Source: Bacteroidota bacterium
Lineage (GTDB): Bacteria; Bacteroidota; Bacteroidia; J057; JAJTIE01
Assembly: GCA_019638695.1 (NCBI GenBank)
Contig: JAHBTG010000006.1
Span: 3,022 to 67,021, forward strand
Reading direction: 5' to 3'
Length of the DNA stretch: 64,000 nucleotides
Made by a program: the position numbers and the translations under genes. The first letter of the stretch is position 1. Every line of letters begins with the position of its first letter. Below, in pieces: positions 18,885 to 29,145 of this stretch. The notes beneath the pieces were generated by a model that was given only the letters and a program-made list of their open reading frames with translations, searched no databases and was not told the DNA's origin.

Positions 18885-19493
18885 CTACCAGGGCTGCCGG
18901 TCGTCCAGTCCGGTTCTTTGACCGCTGATGGATTTGCGGGCCTGGTGGAAGTACTGCACCGGCTGCTGGCGCATTTGTTTCAGGTAAAACTGTATAGTCG
19001 CTTCATCCTGCGGCTCATAAGTCATCCGCTGCCCTGAAGCTTCGTTGGGTATGCGGCTGTTCCGGGGTGGCGGCGGTGGCTGATCCTCCGGGTTGGGTGG
19101 CGGCGGAGTTTGTGGCGGCGGCTGTTGCATACGCTGCATTAGCAGTTCATAGTTATAGCGGGCTACCTCATTATCCGGGTTGAGGCTCAGAGCCCTGCGC
19201 AGGTGCGCATACGCCTGTTGTTCCAGCCGGCGCGTTTCCTCAGGGTTTGATTGTGCCGATACCTGGCGTAATAGCATGTAGGCCAGGTTGTTATGCCCCA
19301 CGGCCCGCTGCTCAGGCGGCAGGCCGGGTAGTAGCGCCTGGAGGCGCTGTGCTGCTGCAGACAGGCTGTCCTGTGCCAGCAGGTCCAGTGCCTGGTTGAA
19401 GGACCGGTAGGCCGGGGGAGTCCCCTGGCCATCTTGCGGCCTCCATCCTGCCAGCACTCCCAAGGCGATCAGGAGCAGGGGCCAGCGACTCAT
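18885..19493 (-). CDS. TPR protein, BatC-like
   Basis: HNNLAY, ALSLNPDNEVARYNYEL and Pro/Gln-rich tail; ATGA overlap with the VWA gene. Confidence 0.75.
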   Translation of the reverse strand: MSRWPLLLIALGVLAGWRPQDGQGTPPAYRSFNQALDLLAQDSLSAAAQRLQALLPGLPPEQRAVGHNNLAYMLLRQVSAQSNPEETRRLEQQAYAHLRRALSLNPDNEVARYNYELLMQRMQQPPPQTPPPPNPEDQPPPPPRNSRIPNEASGQRMTYEPQDEATIQFYLKQMRQQPVQYFHQARKSISGQRTGLDDRQPW

Positions 19494-20464
19494 TTGCGTG
19501 TGGGTTTGAGCCATAAGGTAGCCAGCAGGCTAAGCGCTGCCACAGTTAAAGGTAAGGGAAAAAGCGGCTTCTCTACCCCTCCTTCTGCAACGGAGGGGGC
19601 CTGGGGAGGTGTGTCGCGCACCGCTTGCAACACACGGGCTATCCATTCGGGGGTAGGTTGGGAGGATAGCCGGAAGGAAGAGCTGCCTAGTTCCCGGGCC
19701 AGGCTGTCCATGCGTTGCGGCGCCGGGCGGCTGAGTGCCGGGGCTCCTGTCAACGGGTTGCGCATGCCAGGTACAAGCCCGCCGCTTTCGCTGCCCACGG
19801 TAACTGGGATTACCGGCACGGCCATATCCCGCAATAGTTTGAGTTTGCTGGCATAGGGCGGCTCCACCGTTTCTCCGTCCGTAAAAAGCAGGACTACCCG
19901 TCCCCCGGCCTGCCAGGGGCGGCTGGTATCGCTTTCTGCCAGGAAATGGCCGGTCACCTGCTGTAATGCCTGGCGGAGGTGGGTGCGGCCGCTGGAAAAC
20001 TGGTCGCTGCGGATATCATTAAGGTGTAGCTTTAATGCCGCATGGTCATCTGAGAGGGGCACGTAGGTATAGGCAAAGTCGGCAAATCCTATACAACCCA
20101 TACGGTGCCCTTTCAGGCTGTCTGCCAGTCGCATGGCTACCTGGCGTGCCAGTTCCAGCCGGGTTTGCGGCCCTGTATCCCGCACATCCATACTGGCGCT
20201 CGCATCCAGTACGAAGTAGATCTGCAACTGGGTGGGTTTGTCCGTAGGCGGCACCGTAGTATAGGGCCCTGCACAGGCTACCAGTATGCCTGCCAGCGCT
20301 ATGAGCTTCAACGCCCACCGTCCCCAGGCCATTGCGGGCACCTGCTTACCTAGTGCATGTGAGCTGCTTAGCCGCCGGGCCAGGCGCGGGCCTTCTGCCC
20401 ACAGCCACGCGGTCAGAGGCACAACCAGTAAGCACCATAACCACTGAGGCGAATACCATTCCAT
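19490..20464 (-). CDS. VWA domain protein, BatB-like
   Basis: N-terminal TM helices, MIDAS DASAS, PLSDD, FTDGE and C-terminal TM. Confidence 0.85.
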   Translation of the reverse strand: MEWYSPQWLWCLLVVPLTAWLWAEGPRLARRLSSSHALGKQVPAMAWGRWALKLIALAGILVACAGPYTTVPPTDKPTQLQIYFVLDASASMDVRDTGPQTRLELARQVAMRLADSLKGHRMGCIGFADFAYTYVPLSDDHAALKLHLNDIRSDQFSSGRTHLRQALQQVTGHFLAESDTSRPWQAGGRVVLLFTDGETVEPPYASKLKLLRDMAVPVIPVTVGSESGGLVPGMRNPLTGAPALSRPAPQRMDSLARELGSSSFRLSSQPTPEWIARVLQAVRDTPPQAPSVAEGGVEKPLFPLPLTVAALSLLATLWLKPTRK

Positions 20465-20542
20465 AGCAAGTAAAATTGCGGGCTTTTACCCAATCCCTGC
20501 ACTGCTGTGGAAAAGATGGGCTATCCACAGCTAGGTACGGCC

Positions 20543-21739
20543 TTAGTCTGCCAATCGTCGCACGGTGCGGTGTATGGCCCGCACCCCGCTCAGGCTGAAT
20601 GCTAGGGTAAAGAGCAGGCCCCACAGGAACATGGCCCAGTGGGGATAGGCCGGCACTTCCAGGGCGTTCTCGGTAAATAACTGGTACATGAGCAGCTTTA
20701 CAAGCACTACCAGGGCAAAGGCTATCAACTGGATGCCCAGGAACAGGCGCAGAAAATAGCGGTTGAAGAACCGGCTGATAGTGGTATAGTCATGCCCCAG
20801 TTGGATCAATAACCGGATGGCCTCGCTGGCACGGGAGATGAGCAACTGGAAGGTGAGCACAAATACCAGCACGGACAGTATTACAATGAAAACGCCTACC
20901 ACGCCTACCACCAGCAGGACTACCTGCAGCAGGGCCATTTGCTTCCCGCCTTTCAGTTTGTCTTTGCTGGTTTCATAACCTTTGGCTTCCAGGAAGGCGG
21001 CAAACCTGGGGTTGCTCGGGTTATCTACTTCCAGTAACAGGCGGCTGGGGCGTTTCCCTTCCTGCTCTCTGCCATACTCCTTGTTGGCCCAGTTGATGAA
21101 GCTGATGGGCGCCATAATGGTATTGATGCGGTCGCTGTAATCGATCACCCTGGCTTTGTAGTACACGCGGTGGCCTTCCCGGTCTGTAATCTCCAGGGTA
21201 AGCGGGATACGTGTGACGGTGCCTTTGGTGATCTGGGGCAGGCCCTTGGAGGGGGCAAAGGCAAAGTTGTAGAGCGAGAGGTAATAGCTGGGTATGATAA
21301 TGGGGATCTCCTTCTGACCGGGTTCCCAGTTCCACCTGTTATTCTGCACGTCTATCATATCATCCGGCAGACCTTCCAGGAACATATCGGTTTGCAGCTT
21401 GGGCAGGTTGGCAGACAGCTCACCCGTGAGCCACATGCTGAACTGTGTAGGTGTGAAAACCCCCACCTTGCGGATAAACTTCTGGGCGCGTATCTCGGCA
21501 ATTTCTTCGTCTGAGAAACTGCTGCTGCTTACCGATAAGGTGTTGAGCATGCTCACCTGTTTGTTGACCTCCAGGAAGCTGGGGGAAATGACGTCATCCG
21601 CTTTTACCGTAAACAGGTAGGTGATGTCAAAATACAGCTGAATAGCCGTGAGTAATAACAGCGTGCCCAGTAGCGAACCGGTGGCGGCTATGAACAGCCG
21701 GGCACGGCTCTTTTGCTGTAACAGTACTTTGCTGAGCAT
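20543..21739 (-). CDS. ABC transporter permease (FtsX/MacB-like topology)
   Basis: One TM, a large periplasmic domain and three TMs; adjacent to an ABC ATPase. Confidence 0.8.
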   Translation of the reverse strand: MLSKVLLQQKSRARLFIAATGSLLGTLLLLTAIQLYFDITYLFTVKADDVISPSFLEVNKQVSMLNTLSVSSSSFSDEEIAEIRAQKFIRKVGVFTPTQFSMWLTGELSANLPKLQTDMFLEGLPDDMIDVQNNRWNWEPGQKEIPIIIPSYYLSLYNFAFAPSKGLPQITKGTVTRIPLTLEITDREGHRVYYKARVIDYSDRINTIMAPISFINWANKEYGREQEGKRPSRLLLEVDNPSNPRFAAFLEAKGYETSKDKLKGGKQMALLQVVLLVVGVVGVFIVILSVLVFVLTFQLLISRASEAIRLLIQLGHDYTTISRFFNRYFLRLFLGIQLIAFALVVLVKLLMYQLFTENALEVPAYPHWAMFLWGLLFTLAFSLSGVRAIHRTVRRLAD

Positions 21740-21748
21740 GGCGGTGGG

Positions 21749-22387
21749 CTACAAAGTGAGTCGGGTATCGTAGGGGAGCGGGTAGCTTTCCCCTAACGTG
21801 GTGAGGATAAGTCCGGCCTGCTGGTGCTTGCACTCTTCTTGCAGCAATGCACAGCACAGTTCGATATTGCCCCGGTCCAGGTGGCTGAAAGGCTCATCCA
21901 GCATAAGTAATGTAAACGGCTGACACAGTGCGCGAATGATGGCAAAACGCTGCTGCTGCCCGTAGCTCATAATGCCGCAGGGCTTATCCAGCAAGAAAGC
22001 CACCCCCAGCCGCTCGGTGAGTTCCCGCATCTCGGCTTCCGTTTTGTGTCCGGTAAGCTGGTTCTTGACCTGCAGGTTTTCCCAGCCGGTGAGGTGCGGA
22101 AATAACCGGAGATCCTGAAATACGATGGATACTTTCGTCCGGCGCAGCTCGGCTTTTTCTGCAGGGCTGTAGTGCCGGATGTCCTTGCCGTTTACCTGAC
22201 AGATTCCCTTGAAATCTTTGCGAATCCCGTAGATGATTTGCAGAAAAGTGCTCTTGCCTTTGCCGCTGGCAGACATGACCTCCACCAGGTGGCCGGAGGG
22301 TACGGCCAGTTCCGTAGCCCATATCTGCGACTGCGGATTGTAAATGCCCTCCAGTGGCTGAGGCACCACCTGGTTAAAAGTGACCAT
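21749..22387 (-). CDS. ABC transporter ATP-binding protein
   Basis: SASGKGKST, VFQDLRLF, MSYGQQQR and LMLDEPFSHLD motifs. Confidence 0.9.
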   Translation of the reverse strand: MVTFNQVVPQPLEGIYNPQSQIWATELAVPSGHLVEVMSASGKGKSTFLQIIYGIRKDFKGICQVNGKDIRHYSPAEKAELRRTKVSIVFQDLRLFPHLTGWENLQVKNQLTGHKTEAEMRELTERLGVAFLLDKPCGIMSYGQQQRFAIIRALCQPFTLLMLDEPFSHLDRGNIELCCALLQEECKHQQAGLILTTLGESYPLPYDTRLTL

Positions 22388-22413
22388 TGGGAGAAGTAGG
22401 TGGGGAGAAACCG

Positions 22414-24090
22414 TTAGTTCAATGCTTCTGCAGGCTCCATTTCTTCCCGGGCGACATCGTCCTGCTTTTCGGCTGCTTTGCGGGGCAGGTCCACCAGCTT
22501 CAGGAGGCTCACCAGGCTGTTGACCTTGGTGTCGGCCAGGCGTACGCTGAGGCGCACGAAATTGCCGTTATTGTCCAGGGATATGCTACGCAGGCCCACT
22601 TCGCTGAGTACCAGGCCAAAAGTATAGTCTTCCTTCGCCTTGGCAGGCATGGCCTTGCTATGGAAGTCCAGGTAGCCCGCCAGCGGACCTTCGGCCAGCT
22701 TGGCAACCTCGCCGGGTACCTGGCGGTTGCTAGGCAGTTTGCCTTTTGAGGCTTGCTCTATGATGCTTTTGCTGTTGCTGGCCAGGAGATAGCCGCTGAT
22801 ATAGGTGTAAAATATCTCGTTCACATCACTGCCGCCGGCATTGATCTTATACAGGCTGCCTTCTTTGGCCACAGGCATCCTGGCCTGTTCCAGCACTTTT
22901 TCCAGCAACTTCTGGGCCTCTTTGCTGTCCTTGATGCCCACCGCCAGGACTACCTCTGGTTTGGTACGCAGGTCGGAGAGCGACTTGTCTTTATTGGCCA
23001 CGAGGTCTCCTTCTAAGGTCATATCTGTGATAGCTACAAAGAACTGACCGGTAAAGTTGTCTGCAATCTTATCCAGGCTCAAACCGGAAGCAGTGAGCCC
23101 CATTTCTGCCAGCGCCATGCCTTGCCCCATTTCTGCGCTCTTTTTAGAAGCTTCGCGCACATTGGCCAGCAGGTTCTTCATGTTTATACTGAAGCCGAAG
23201 AAGCCCAGCATGCGGTCGCCGGGGATATAGGTCAGCAGATCCTTGCCGATCTCTTTGCCGGCCATCGATTTGAATGCGCCGCGCAGGCCCTTGCTCCATT
23301 TGATCTCGGCGTTATAGATCATTTCGCCGTTGTTGAACTCCACGTAGGTGTGGAGGTAGTTATTGCTCAGGTCTTCGCGGCTGAGCCCCAGGTCTTTGAG
23401 CTGCTTTTCGGGGATCTGTTTGGCCCCGTTGCCCACGGTGGTCCACATGCCCAGGTCTTTCACTTCTTTGGAGAAGTCTACAAAGTCTTCATTGCCGCCC
23501 AGTCCTTCGTCCTTGTCATATTTGAGATAGCTGTTTGCCTTTTCCACAAGACCCTTTCTGGCATCCATATCTTCTGCTACCAGCAACAGGCCCACGCTGT
23601 TATTCCACATCAGTACCACCTCATCTTTCAGGATATACTGGTTGTCGTCTTTTTTCTGAATGGCACTGCCCATGCCCAGCTTGTCTTTCACAAGCCCGGA
23701 GAATTTGCTTTCATCTCCCAGGATGAAATTGATACCTATATACTCCTGGTCGGCATTGACGTCGGTGACAAAGACATAGATCTGTTTTTCGGGGTCTATG
23801 CCCGTCATTTCGGGCTTTTTCAGGATCTCGTTGGCCAGCGACAGCATTTTCTTGCCCTGCTCACTCTCGCTCATATCCCGGGTCATTCTCTGATAAGCCT
23901 CCAGTTTGGCAATCTCATTGAAACTGACTTTCTGAAAGATGCTCTTGGGGTTCACCACAATGACCATTTGAGCATCTGCCGGGATGGATACCGCCTGTTT
24001 GGGTTTGCTGCTGCATGCTGCCAGATAGGTTGCTGCACACAAGAGCAACAGGGCCTGCTGCAAATACCGGGGAAAAGACATGCGTTTCAT
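22414..24090 (-). CDS. DUF4836-like lipoprotein
   Basis: Lipobox LAAC; IPADA..V and P...GID...IYVF motifs; upstream of the ABC genes. Confidence 0.7.
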   Translation of the reverse strand: MKRMSFPRYLQQALLLLCAATYLAACSSKPKQAVSIPADAQMVIVVNPKSIFQKVSFNEIAKLEAYQRMTRDMSESEQGKKMLSLANEILKKPEMTGIDPEKQIYVFVTDVNADQEYIGINFILGDESKFSGLVKDKLGMGSAIQKKDDNQYILKDEVVLMWNNSVGLLLVAEDMDARKGLVEKANSYLKYDKDEGLGGNEDFVDFSKEVKDLGMWTTVGNGAKQIPEKQLKDLGLSREDLSNNYLHTYVEFNNGEMIYNAEIKWSKGLRGAFKSMAGKEIGKDLLTYIPGDRMLGFFGFSINMKNLLANVREASKKSAEMGQGMALAEMGLTASGLSLDKIADNFTGQFFVAITDMTLEGDLVANKDKSLSDLRTKPEVVLAVGIKDSKEAQKLLEKVLEQARMPVAKEGSLYKINAGGSDVNEIFYTYISGYLLASNSKSIIEQASKGKLPSNRQVPGEVAKLAEGPLAGYLDFHSKAMPAKAKEDYTFGLVLSEVGLRSISLDNNGNFVRLSVRLADTKVNSLVSLLKLVDLPRKAAEKQDDVAREEMEPAEALN

Positions 24091-24166
24091 GATGAGGTAG
24101 GTGAAAATAGGGTACAGGTAGTAGAAGAAAATCGCAGCGTATACGGCTGTGTTTTGACAAACGTTA

Positions 24167-24196
24167 CAAAGTTAAGATAAAAGCGAGTACTGCAAA
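24167..24196 (-). promoter_or_regulatory. Bacteroidota housekeeping promoter
   Basis: TTTG (24196-24193), 18 nt spacer, TAACTTTG (24174-24167). Confidence 0.55.
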
Positions 24197-24203
24197 TGCC
24201 GGA

Positions 24204-25928
24204 TTATGCGGGTTTGGAGGGCTTTAGGGCGCCTGGTATGTGCGTGAGGTGCTGCAAAGGCTGGATGACGTGAGTGGCATAGTAGCGGTAGAGCGCAGTG
24301 AGCTTGCGCACAGCTGTTGCATAATCCGGCTGCTTGTCTGCCAAAGCTATTCCCATGCGCATGAAGGTCTGGGCACCGCCGCTTTCGCCAAACAGGTGAT
24401 GACATCGGAGGGCAGTCAGCAGCTGCATCCAGCTGTGGCGCGCAGTCATGCCGGGTGGCTGGGTGCCGCCATCCAGGTTTACATAAAGGCCCATAGTCTG
24501 TTTGCCGGTGGCCAGTACCTCTTTGGGCATGCGGCTGGCGTCTTTGGGCAGGCCTCGGCGCAGGGTGCGCATCAGTCCGGTTGCATTCCCTATCCACAGG
24601 TATCCGCGGGCATACGTCATATATAGCTTGGGTAATTGCGTGGGCGCCGCGGCAGTGGGCAGCGCCCGCAGCAATAGGAGGCCGCCGCCGGCGTCCGCCA
24701 GCTCAATATCTCCCCTGCGAAGCACCCGGCTGACAAGGCTGAAGGCTGCGGTGCTATCCTGCACGCCCACACCCAGGATACCCCGTAGGTTGAGCTGTGC
24801 AAACGGATGATCCGGTTGCGCAGGCAGAGACGTTGTATTTGCCGCCGGCAACAGGTCTCCTGCGAAGTCCTGTACCACAAATACCATTTGCCCCGTGAAG
24901 ATGTCCATAAGCTTGGCGGGGGGCATGCCCAGGGCTTCTTCTATGCCGGCTATCTGCCTGGACATAGCGCCTAGTGCGGGTATGCGCGACAAGGGTTTCC
25001 GGATATTGGCTACCAGGTGAGGGATGTCCAGTCCATACCCCATGAACATCCATACACTGTCTGCCGGGAGGTTATAGAGTACCTCCTGACCCAGTGCCGG
25101 GCCTTCCATTGGCATAAAGTAGTTGCGTATCCCCTCGCTCCATACCATGTTGATTTCGTAGGCCAGGTGGTTGCCTTGCTGCTTCAGGCTGCTTATCATA
25201 TAATTGTCGTCCAGGTCCTTTTTTTCCAGGCCCACAAGATTCAGCATGGGTTCAGGTATCCGTTGGGTAAAAGGGCGGTAGTTGCCAAACAGGCCGATGC
25301 CTGTGTCGCCGGGTATTTTGGCCAGCCATTCCTGGAAAGCAGGTATTTCTGCTAATGTGGGCCTTTGCTGCTGATGGCAGGGCATGGATCGTGCGATGGT
25401 CTCCAGGAGTTCTTGTGTGCGGCTTTCTTTGGGCTGCCGGGGCAATATCACCAGGGCATGATCATCCCATATCATGGCCACACCGGGCAGGAGCAGCCTG
25501 CTGCCACAATCCTTGGTGGAAAATTCCCCGGAAGGGAACGCTTTGTGCAGTGCGGCTTCCAGCGCCTTTCTGTCCCGGATGCTGAGGTGAGCCAGGGGTA
25601 CCGGGGCAGGTTGAAGGATATCCTGTACCAGGTTGGCAAACAGCACGGGCTTATCTGTAGCTATGGTGCCGCGGTGCAGCCAGTCCGTGCGCATGGTTTG
25701 TGCAAACCGTACACATTGAGCCGAATCTGCCTGGAGGAGCGCCACCAGTGTGGCCCAGTCCAGCTGCCGGGAGCTGGTGTCTTGCAGCGGGGTGAGGCCG
25801 GGATCCACTGCCATAACCACCACTACAGATTCCTGTGGCAGGGCCAGGTGCAGTTCTTTTTTGCTGCCGCAGGCGGTTGTGAGGGTCAGGCAAATGGCCA
25901 GGTTCAGGAACGTACGGAGGCGTTGCAT
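24204..25928 (-). CDS. DUF4836-like lipoprotein, divergent paralog of 22414-24090
   Basis: Lipobox TTAC; shares DL..NY, W S.G.R, L.AN.R, FTGQ and VGV.DS motifs with its neighbour. Confidence 0.65.
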   Translation of the reverse strand: MQRLRTFLNLAICLTLTTACGSKKELHLALPQESVVVVMAVDPGLTPLQDTSSRQLDWATLVALLQADSAQCVRFAQTMRTDWLHRGTIATDKPVLFANLVQDILQPAPVPLAHLSIRDRKALEAALHKAFPSGEFSTKDCGSRLLLPGVAMIWDDHALVILPRQPKESRTQELLETIARSMPCHQQQRPTLAEIPAFQEWLAKIPGDTGIGLFGNYRPFTQRIPEPMLNLVGLEKKDLDDNYMISSLKQQGNHLAYEINMVWSEGIRNYFMPMEGPALGQEVLYNLPADSVWMFMGYGLDIPHLVANIRKPLSRIPALGAMSRQIAGIEEALGMPPAKLMDIFTGQMVFVVQDFAGDLLPAANTTSLPAQPDHPFAQLNLRGILGVGVQDSTAAFSLVSRVLRRGDIELADAGGGLLLLRALPTAAAPTQLPKLYMTYARGYLWIGNATGLMRTLRRGLPKDASRMPKEVLATGKQTMGLYVNLDGGTQPPGMTARHSWMQLLTALRCHHLFGESGGAQTFMRMGIALADKQPDYATAVRKLTALYRYYATHVIQPLQHLTHIPGALKPSKPA

Positions 25929-25984
25929 GGGTGGAGTGATTGAGGATACGGAGCGCTGAAGTGCACTTACAAAAAAGCAGAAAC

Positions 25985-26016
25985 TTTGGTTAACCATGGG
26001 CAGATAAGTACCTTTG
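25985..26016 (+). promoter_or_regulatory. Promoter of the atp operon
   Basis: TTTG-N20-TACCTTTG, canonical Bacteroidota consensus. Confidence 0.75.
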
Positions 26017-26033
26017 CGCCCGATTTCGTTCCT

Positions 26034-26441
26034 ATGATTGCCCGAAGGTTCTATGTGTGGTTAGTAATGCTGCTGCTGGCAGCTGTGGGTATACATGTCC
26101 TGCTCAGCCAGGTACTGCGGAATTACCCTATCGACAGCCTGGTGTGGCGCATGAATCTCCTGAGCCTGTCCTTTATTGCTCTGAAATCTGCCGGGGCCTA
26201 CTGGCTTGTGCAGCGCAACCTGTCACTCAGTGCCTGGAAGTTTGTCAACATAGTGTCCGGTGTGATGCTGCTTAAACTGCTGCTGAGCATCGGGTGGGTA
26301 CTAATTATGGTCTTTGGCGCGGATGTGCCGCCCTTTGCCTTTGCCCTGCCCTACTTTGGTGCATATATTTTATTCACCTCCTTTGAAATCATCGCACTCC
26401 TAAATAACTTGCGCCCCGATTCACAAAAACCGAGCGTTTAG
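26034..26441 (+). CDS. AtpI-like 4-TM membrane protein
   Basis: Four hydrophobic helices with a KLLL motif, directly upstream of atpB. Confidence 0.7.
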   Translation: MIARRFYVWLVMLLLAAVGIHVLLSQVLRNYPIDSLVWRMNLLSLSFIALKSAGAYWLVQRNLSLSAWKFVNIVSGVMLLKLLLSIGWVLIMVFGADVPPFAFALPYFGAYILFTSFEIIALLNNLRPDSQKPSV

Positions 26442-26451
26442 CCGTTTTTTC

Positions 26452-27696
26452 ATGGTATCTTATCGTAGCTTCCGCCTCCGCATAGCAGTTCTGGGACTGC
26501 TCCTGGTCTCCATTCTTTCTCCGGCATGGGCCGGCGGCGGTGGCGACGGCAAAAAGTTTGATGTGAGCGGTACGCTCTTCCATCACGTGCTGGAGACCCA
26601 TAACTGGCATATCGTAGATATTCCCAAAGGCGGCAGCGAATATATCCATGTGGAGATTCCGCTTCCCTGGATCTTGTATAACAGCAAGGAGGGATTCCAG
26701 TTCTTTTGTCTTGATGGCGCCCATGCTGAACAGGATGCCCTGGGGAAAGGTTATGTACTGTCCCATGAGAAGCTCTATCCCGTTAAAAAGGGTGTTCAGG
26801 TATTGGAGAACGGCTATCCCAGGCCCGAGTTCCAGGAGCATCTGACGGTAACTGCAGAGGGCAAATGGATCCCCAAAAAAGGTGACCACCACATAGTGGC
26901 AGACCATAGCGGCAATCTCTACGAGGTGGACCATAGTGTATCCTTATGGGATTTCAGCCTCAGCAAAACGCCTTTGCAAATGCTGATCGTGGGATTGATC
27001 ATGCTGTTTCTTTTCCTCAAAATGGCTGCTTACTACAAGCGCAATCCCGGCCAGGCGCCCAAGGGCATCGCTTCTTTCCTGGAGCCTATCATACAGTTTG
27101 TAGAAAGCGATATTGCCAAGCCCAACATGCATGGCAAGCATGCCCGCTACATGCCCTATCTGCTCACCCTGTTTTTCTTCATCTGGTTTGCCAATATCCT
27201 TGGCCTCACTCCCCTGAACAGCAACATTGCGGGTAATATTGCCATTACGGTAGCCCTGGCCACCCTCACTTTGCTGATCACCCTGTTCAGTGGTACGCGG
27301 GACTATTACCAGCATATCTTCTGGTTCCCCGGGGTGCCGCTGCCGGTGAAGTTCATCCTGCTGCCAGTAGAACTCGTGGGTGTTTTCACCAAACCCTTCT
27401 CGCTCACCATTCGTCTGTTTGCCAATATCGCTGCAGGTCACTTTATGGTGATGGCCCTCATCAGCCTTATCTTTATTGTGGGCAAAGCCGGTGAAAGCGT
27501 TGCCGGAGCCGTGGCCATTACACCCCTCTCGTTGTTGTTCTCTCTCTTTATCATGACCATGGAGGTGCTGGTGGCTGCCATCCAGGCATACGTATTTACT
27601 CTGCTCACCTGCGTATTCATCGGGCAGGCGATGGAGACCCACCACCATGACCATGACCATGACCATGGTCATGACCACAAACACGCTCACGCTTAA
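26452..27696 (+). CDS. atpB: ATP synthase F0 subunit a
   Basis: KPFSLTIRLFANIAAGH and EVLVAAIQAYVF motifs; long N-terminal extension; His-rich tail. Confidence 0.96.
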   Translation: MVSYRSFRLRIAVLGLLLVSILSPAWAGGGGDGKKFDVSGTLFHHVLETHNWHIVDIPKGGSEYIHVEIPLPWILYNSKEGFQFFCLDGAHAEQDALGKGYVLSHEKLYPVKKGVQVLENGYPRPEFQEHLTVTAEGKWIPKKGDHHIVADHSGNLYEVDHSVSLWDFSLSKTPLQMLIVGLIMLFLFLKMAAYYKRNPGQAPKGIASFLEPIIQFVESDIAKPNMHGKHARYMPYLLTLFFFIWFANILGLTPLNSNIAGNIAITVALATLTLLITLFSGTRDYYQHIFWFPGVPLPVKFILLPVELVGVFTKPFSLTIRLFANIAAGHFMVMALISLIFIVGKAGESVAGAVAITPLSLLFSLFIMTMEVLVAAIQAYVFTLLTCVFIGQAMETHHHDHDHDHGHDHKHAHA

Positions 27697-27711
27697 TCCG
27701 TCATCATTTAA

Positions 27712-27954
<243 letters not shown>

Positions 27955-27967
27955 TCCGAGAAACCAG

Positions 27968-28016
27968 AAAATCCGGGGTATCTGCACGGTTGGTGCAGAG
28001 ATCCCCCGGAATTTTT
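27968..28016 (+). promoter_or_regulatory. Stem-loop after atpE (partial terminator or mRNA stabiliser)
   Basis: TCCGGGG/CCCCGGA and TCTGCAC/GTGCAGA stems followed by ATTTTT. Confidence 0.65.
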
Positions 28017-28082
28017 ATGCGTACTTTTATCTTCTGTCTCATCTCCCCCACACTATAGCCCACCTCTTTACATACCCATCGT

Positions 28083-28577
28083 ATGGAAATCATACTCCCC
28101 AATTTTGGTCTTTTCTTCTGGACACTGGTGGTGTTTCTCACCCTGTTCTTCCTCCTGAAGAAATTTGCCTGGAAACCCATTCTCAAGGCGATCAAAGACC
28201 GTGAAACCAGCATTGAAGAAAAGCTGAATGCTGCCCAGGCTGCAGAAGCCAAGATGCAGCAACTCACTGCAGATAACGAAAAGCTGCTGCAGGAGGCGCG
28301 TGCCGAGCGCGAAGTAATCCTGCGCGAAGCCAATAATGCCAAGGACCGCATTGTGGCCGAAGCCCGTGAGCAGGCCAAGCGCGAGGCCGATAAACTGGTC
28401 GCCGGCGCCCAGCAGCAGATTGCCCTGGCACAGAGCGCTGCCGCTGAAGAACTGCGTAAGCTCTCTGCTAACCTAGCACTGGAGATTGCAGAAAAAGTGC
28501 TGCGCCAGGAGTTTGCCGACAAGGCCCGCCAGCAACAGTATGTAGACTCTCTGCTCAAAGACGTTACCCTGAACTAA
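28083..28577 (+). CDS. atpF: ATP synthase F0 subunit b
   Basis: P.FGLFFW, KFAWKPIL and coiled coil; operon position. Confidence 0.96.
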   Translation: MEIILPNFGLFFWTLVVFLTLFFLLKKFAWKPILKAIKDRETSIEEKLNAAQAAEAKMQQLTADNEKLLQEARAEREVILREANNAKDRIVAEAREQAKREADKLVAGAQQQIALAQSAAAEELRKLSANLALEIAEKVLRQEFADKARQQQYVDSLLKDVTLN

Positions 28578-28578
28578 G

Positions 28579-29115
28579 ATGCTGCAGGACCGCATTGCCA
28601 AACGATACGCCAAAAGCCTCTTTGACCTGGCCCTGGAAAAGAATATCCTGGAGGAGGTGAAGAAGGACTTTGACATGCTTGACAACCTCTACCACCAGAG
28701 TGCAGATCTTCGTATGCTGCTCCGGAGCCCTATTATTGCCAGCAGCCATAAGTGGGCCATCCTCAGCAAGCTCCTCAAAGGCAAGGTGAGCGAGCCCGTA
28801 CTCCAGTTCATTGAGATCATCAACCGCAAAGGCCGCGAAGGACTGCTGGATAATCTGTGGCAGGAGTTTACCGCTCTCTATAACAGCTACAAGAATATCA
28901 CAGTGGTTAACCTGCGCACGGCTATGGAATTCTCTGCGCCTGCCCGCGAAGCCCTGACCCGTAAAATAGCAGATGCACTGAAGACCCATGTGGAGCTCAA
29001 GGAAACCGTAGAGCCGGAGCTGATCGGGGGCTTTGCCTTCCAGATAGACCAGCGTCTCTATGACGGCTCGGTGGCTGCAGCCCTGCAAAAAGTTAAACGC
29101 GAATTTTCTCTCTAA
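28579..29115 (+). CDS. atpH: ATP synthase F1 subunit delta
   Basis: IAKRYAKSL and ELIGGF...YDGSV motifs. Confidence 0.95.
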   Translation: MLQDRIAKRYAKSLFDLALEKNILEEVKKDFDMLDNLYHQSADLRMLLRSPIIASSHKWAILSKLLKGKVSEPVLQFIEIINRKGREGLLDNLWQEFTALYNSYKNITVVNLRTAMEFSAPAREALTRKIADALKTHVELKETVEPELIGGFAFQIDQRLYDGSVAAALQKVKREFSL

Positions 29116-29145
29116 TATCCCTCACACTGTACATATCCCTTTGTC

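Noticed and set aside
23122-24180. 352-aa plus-strand ORF
   Set aside because: Antisense shadow of the DUF4836-like gene.
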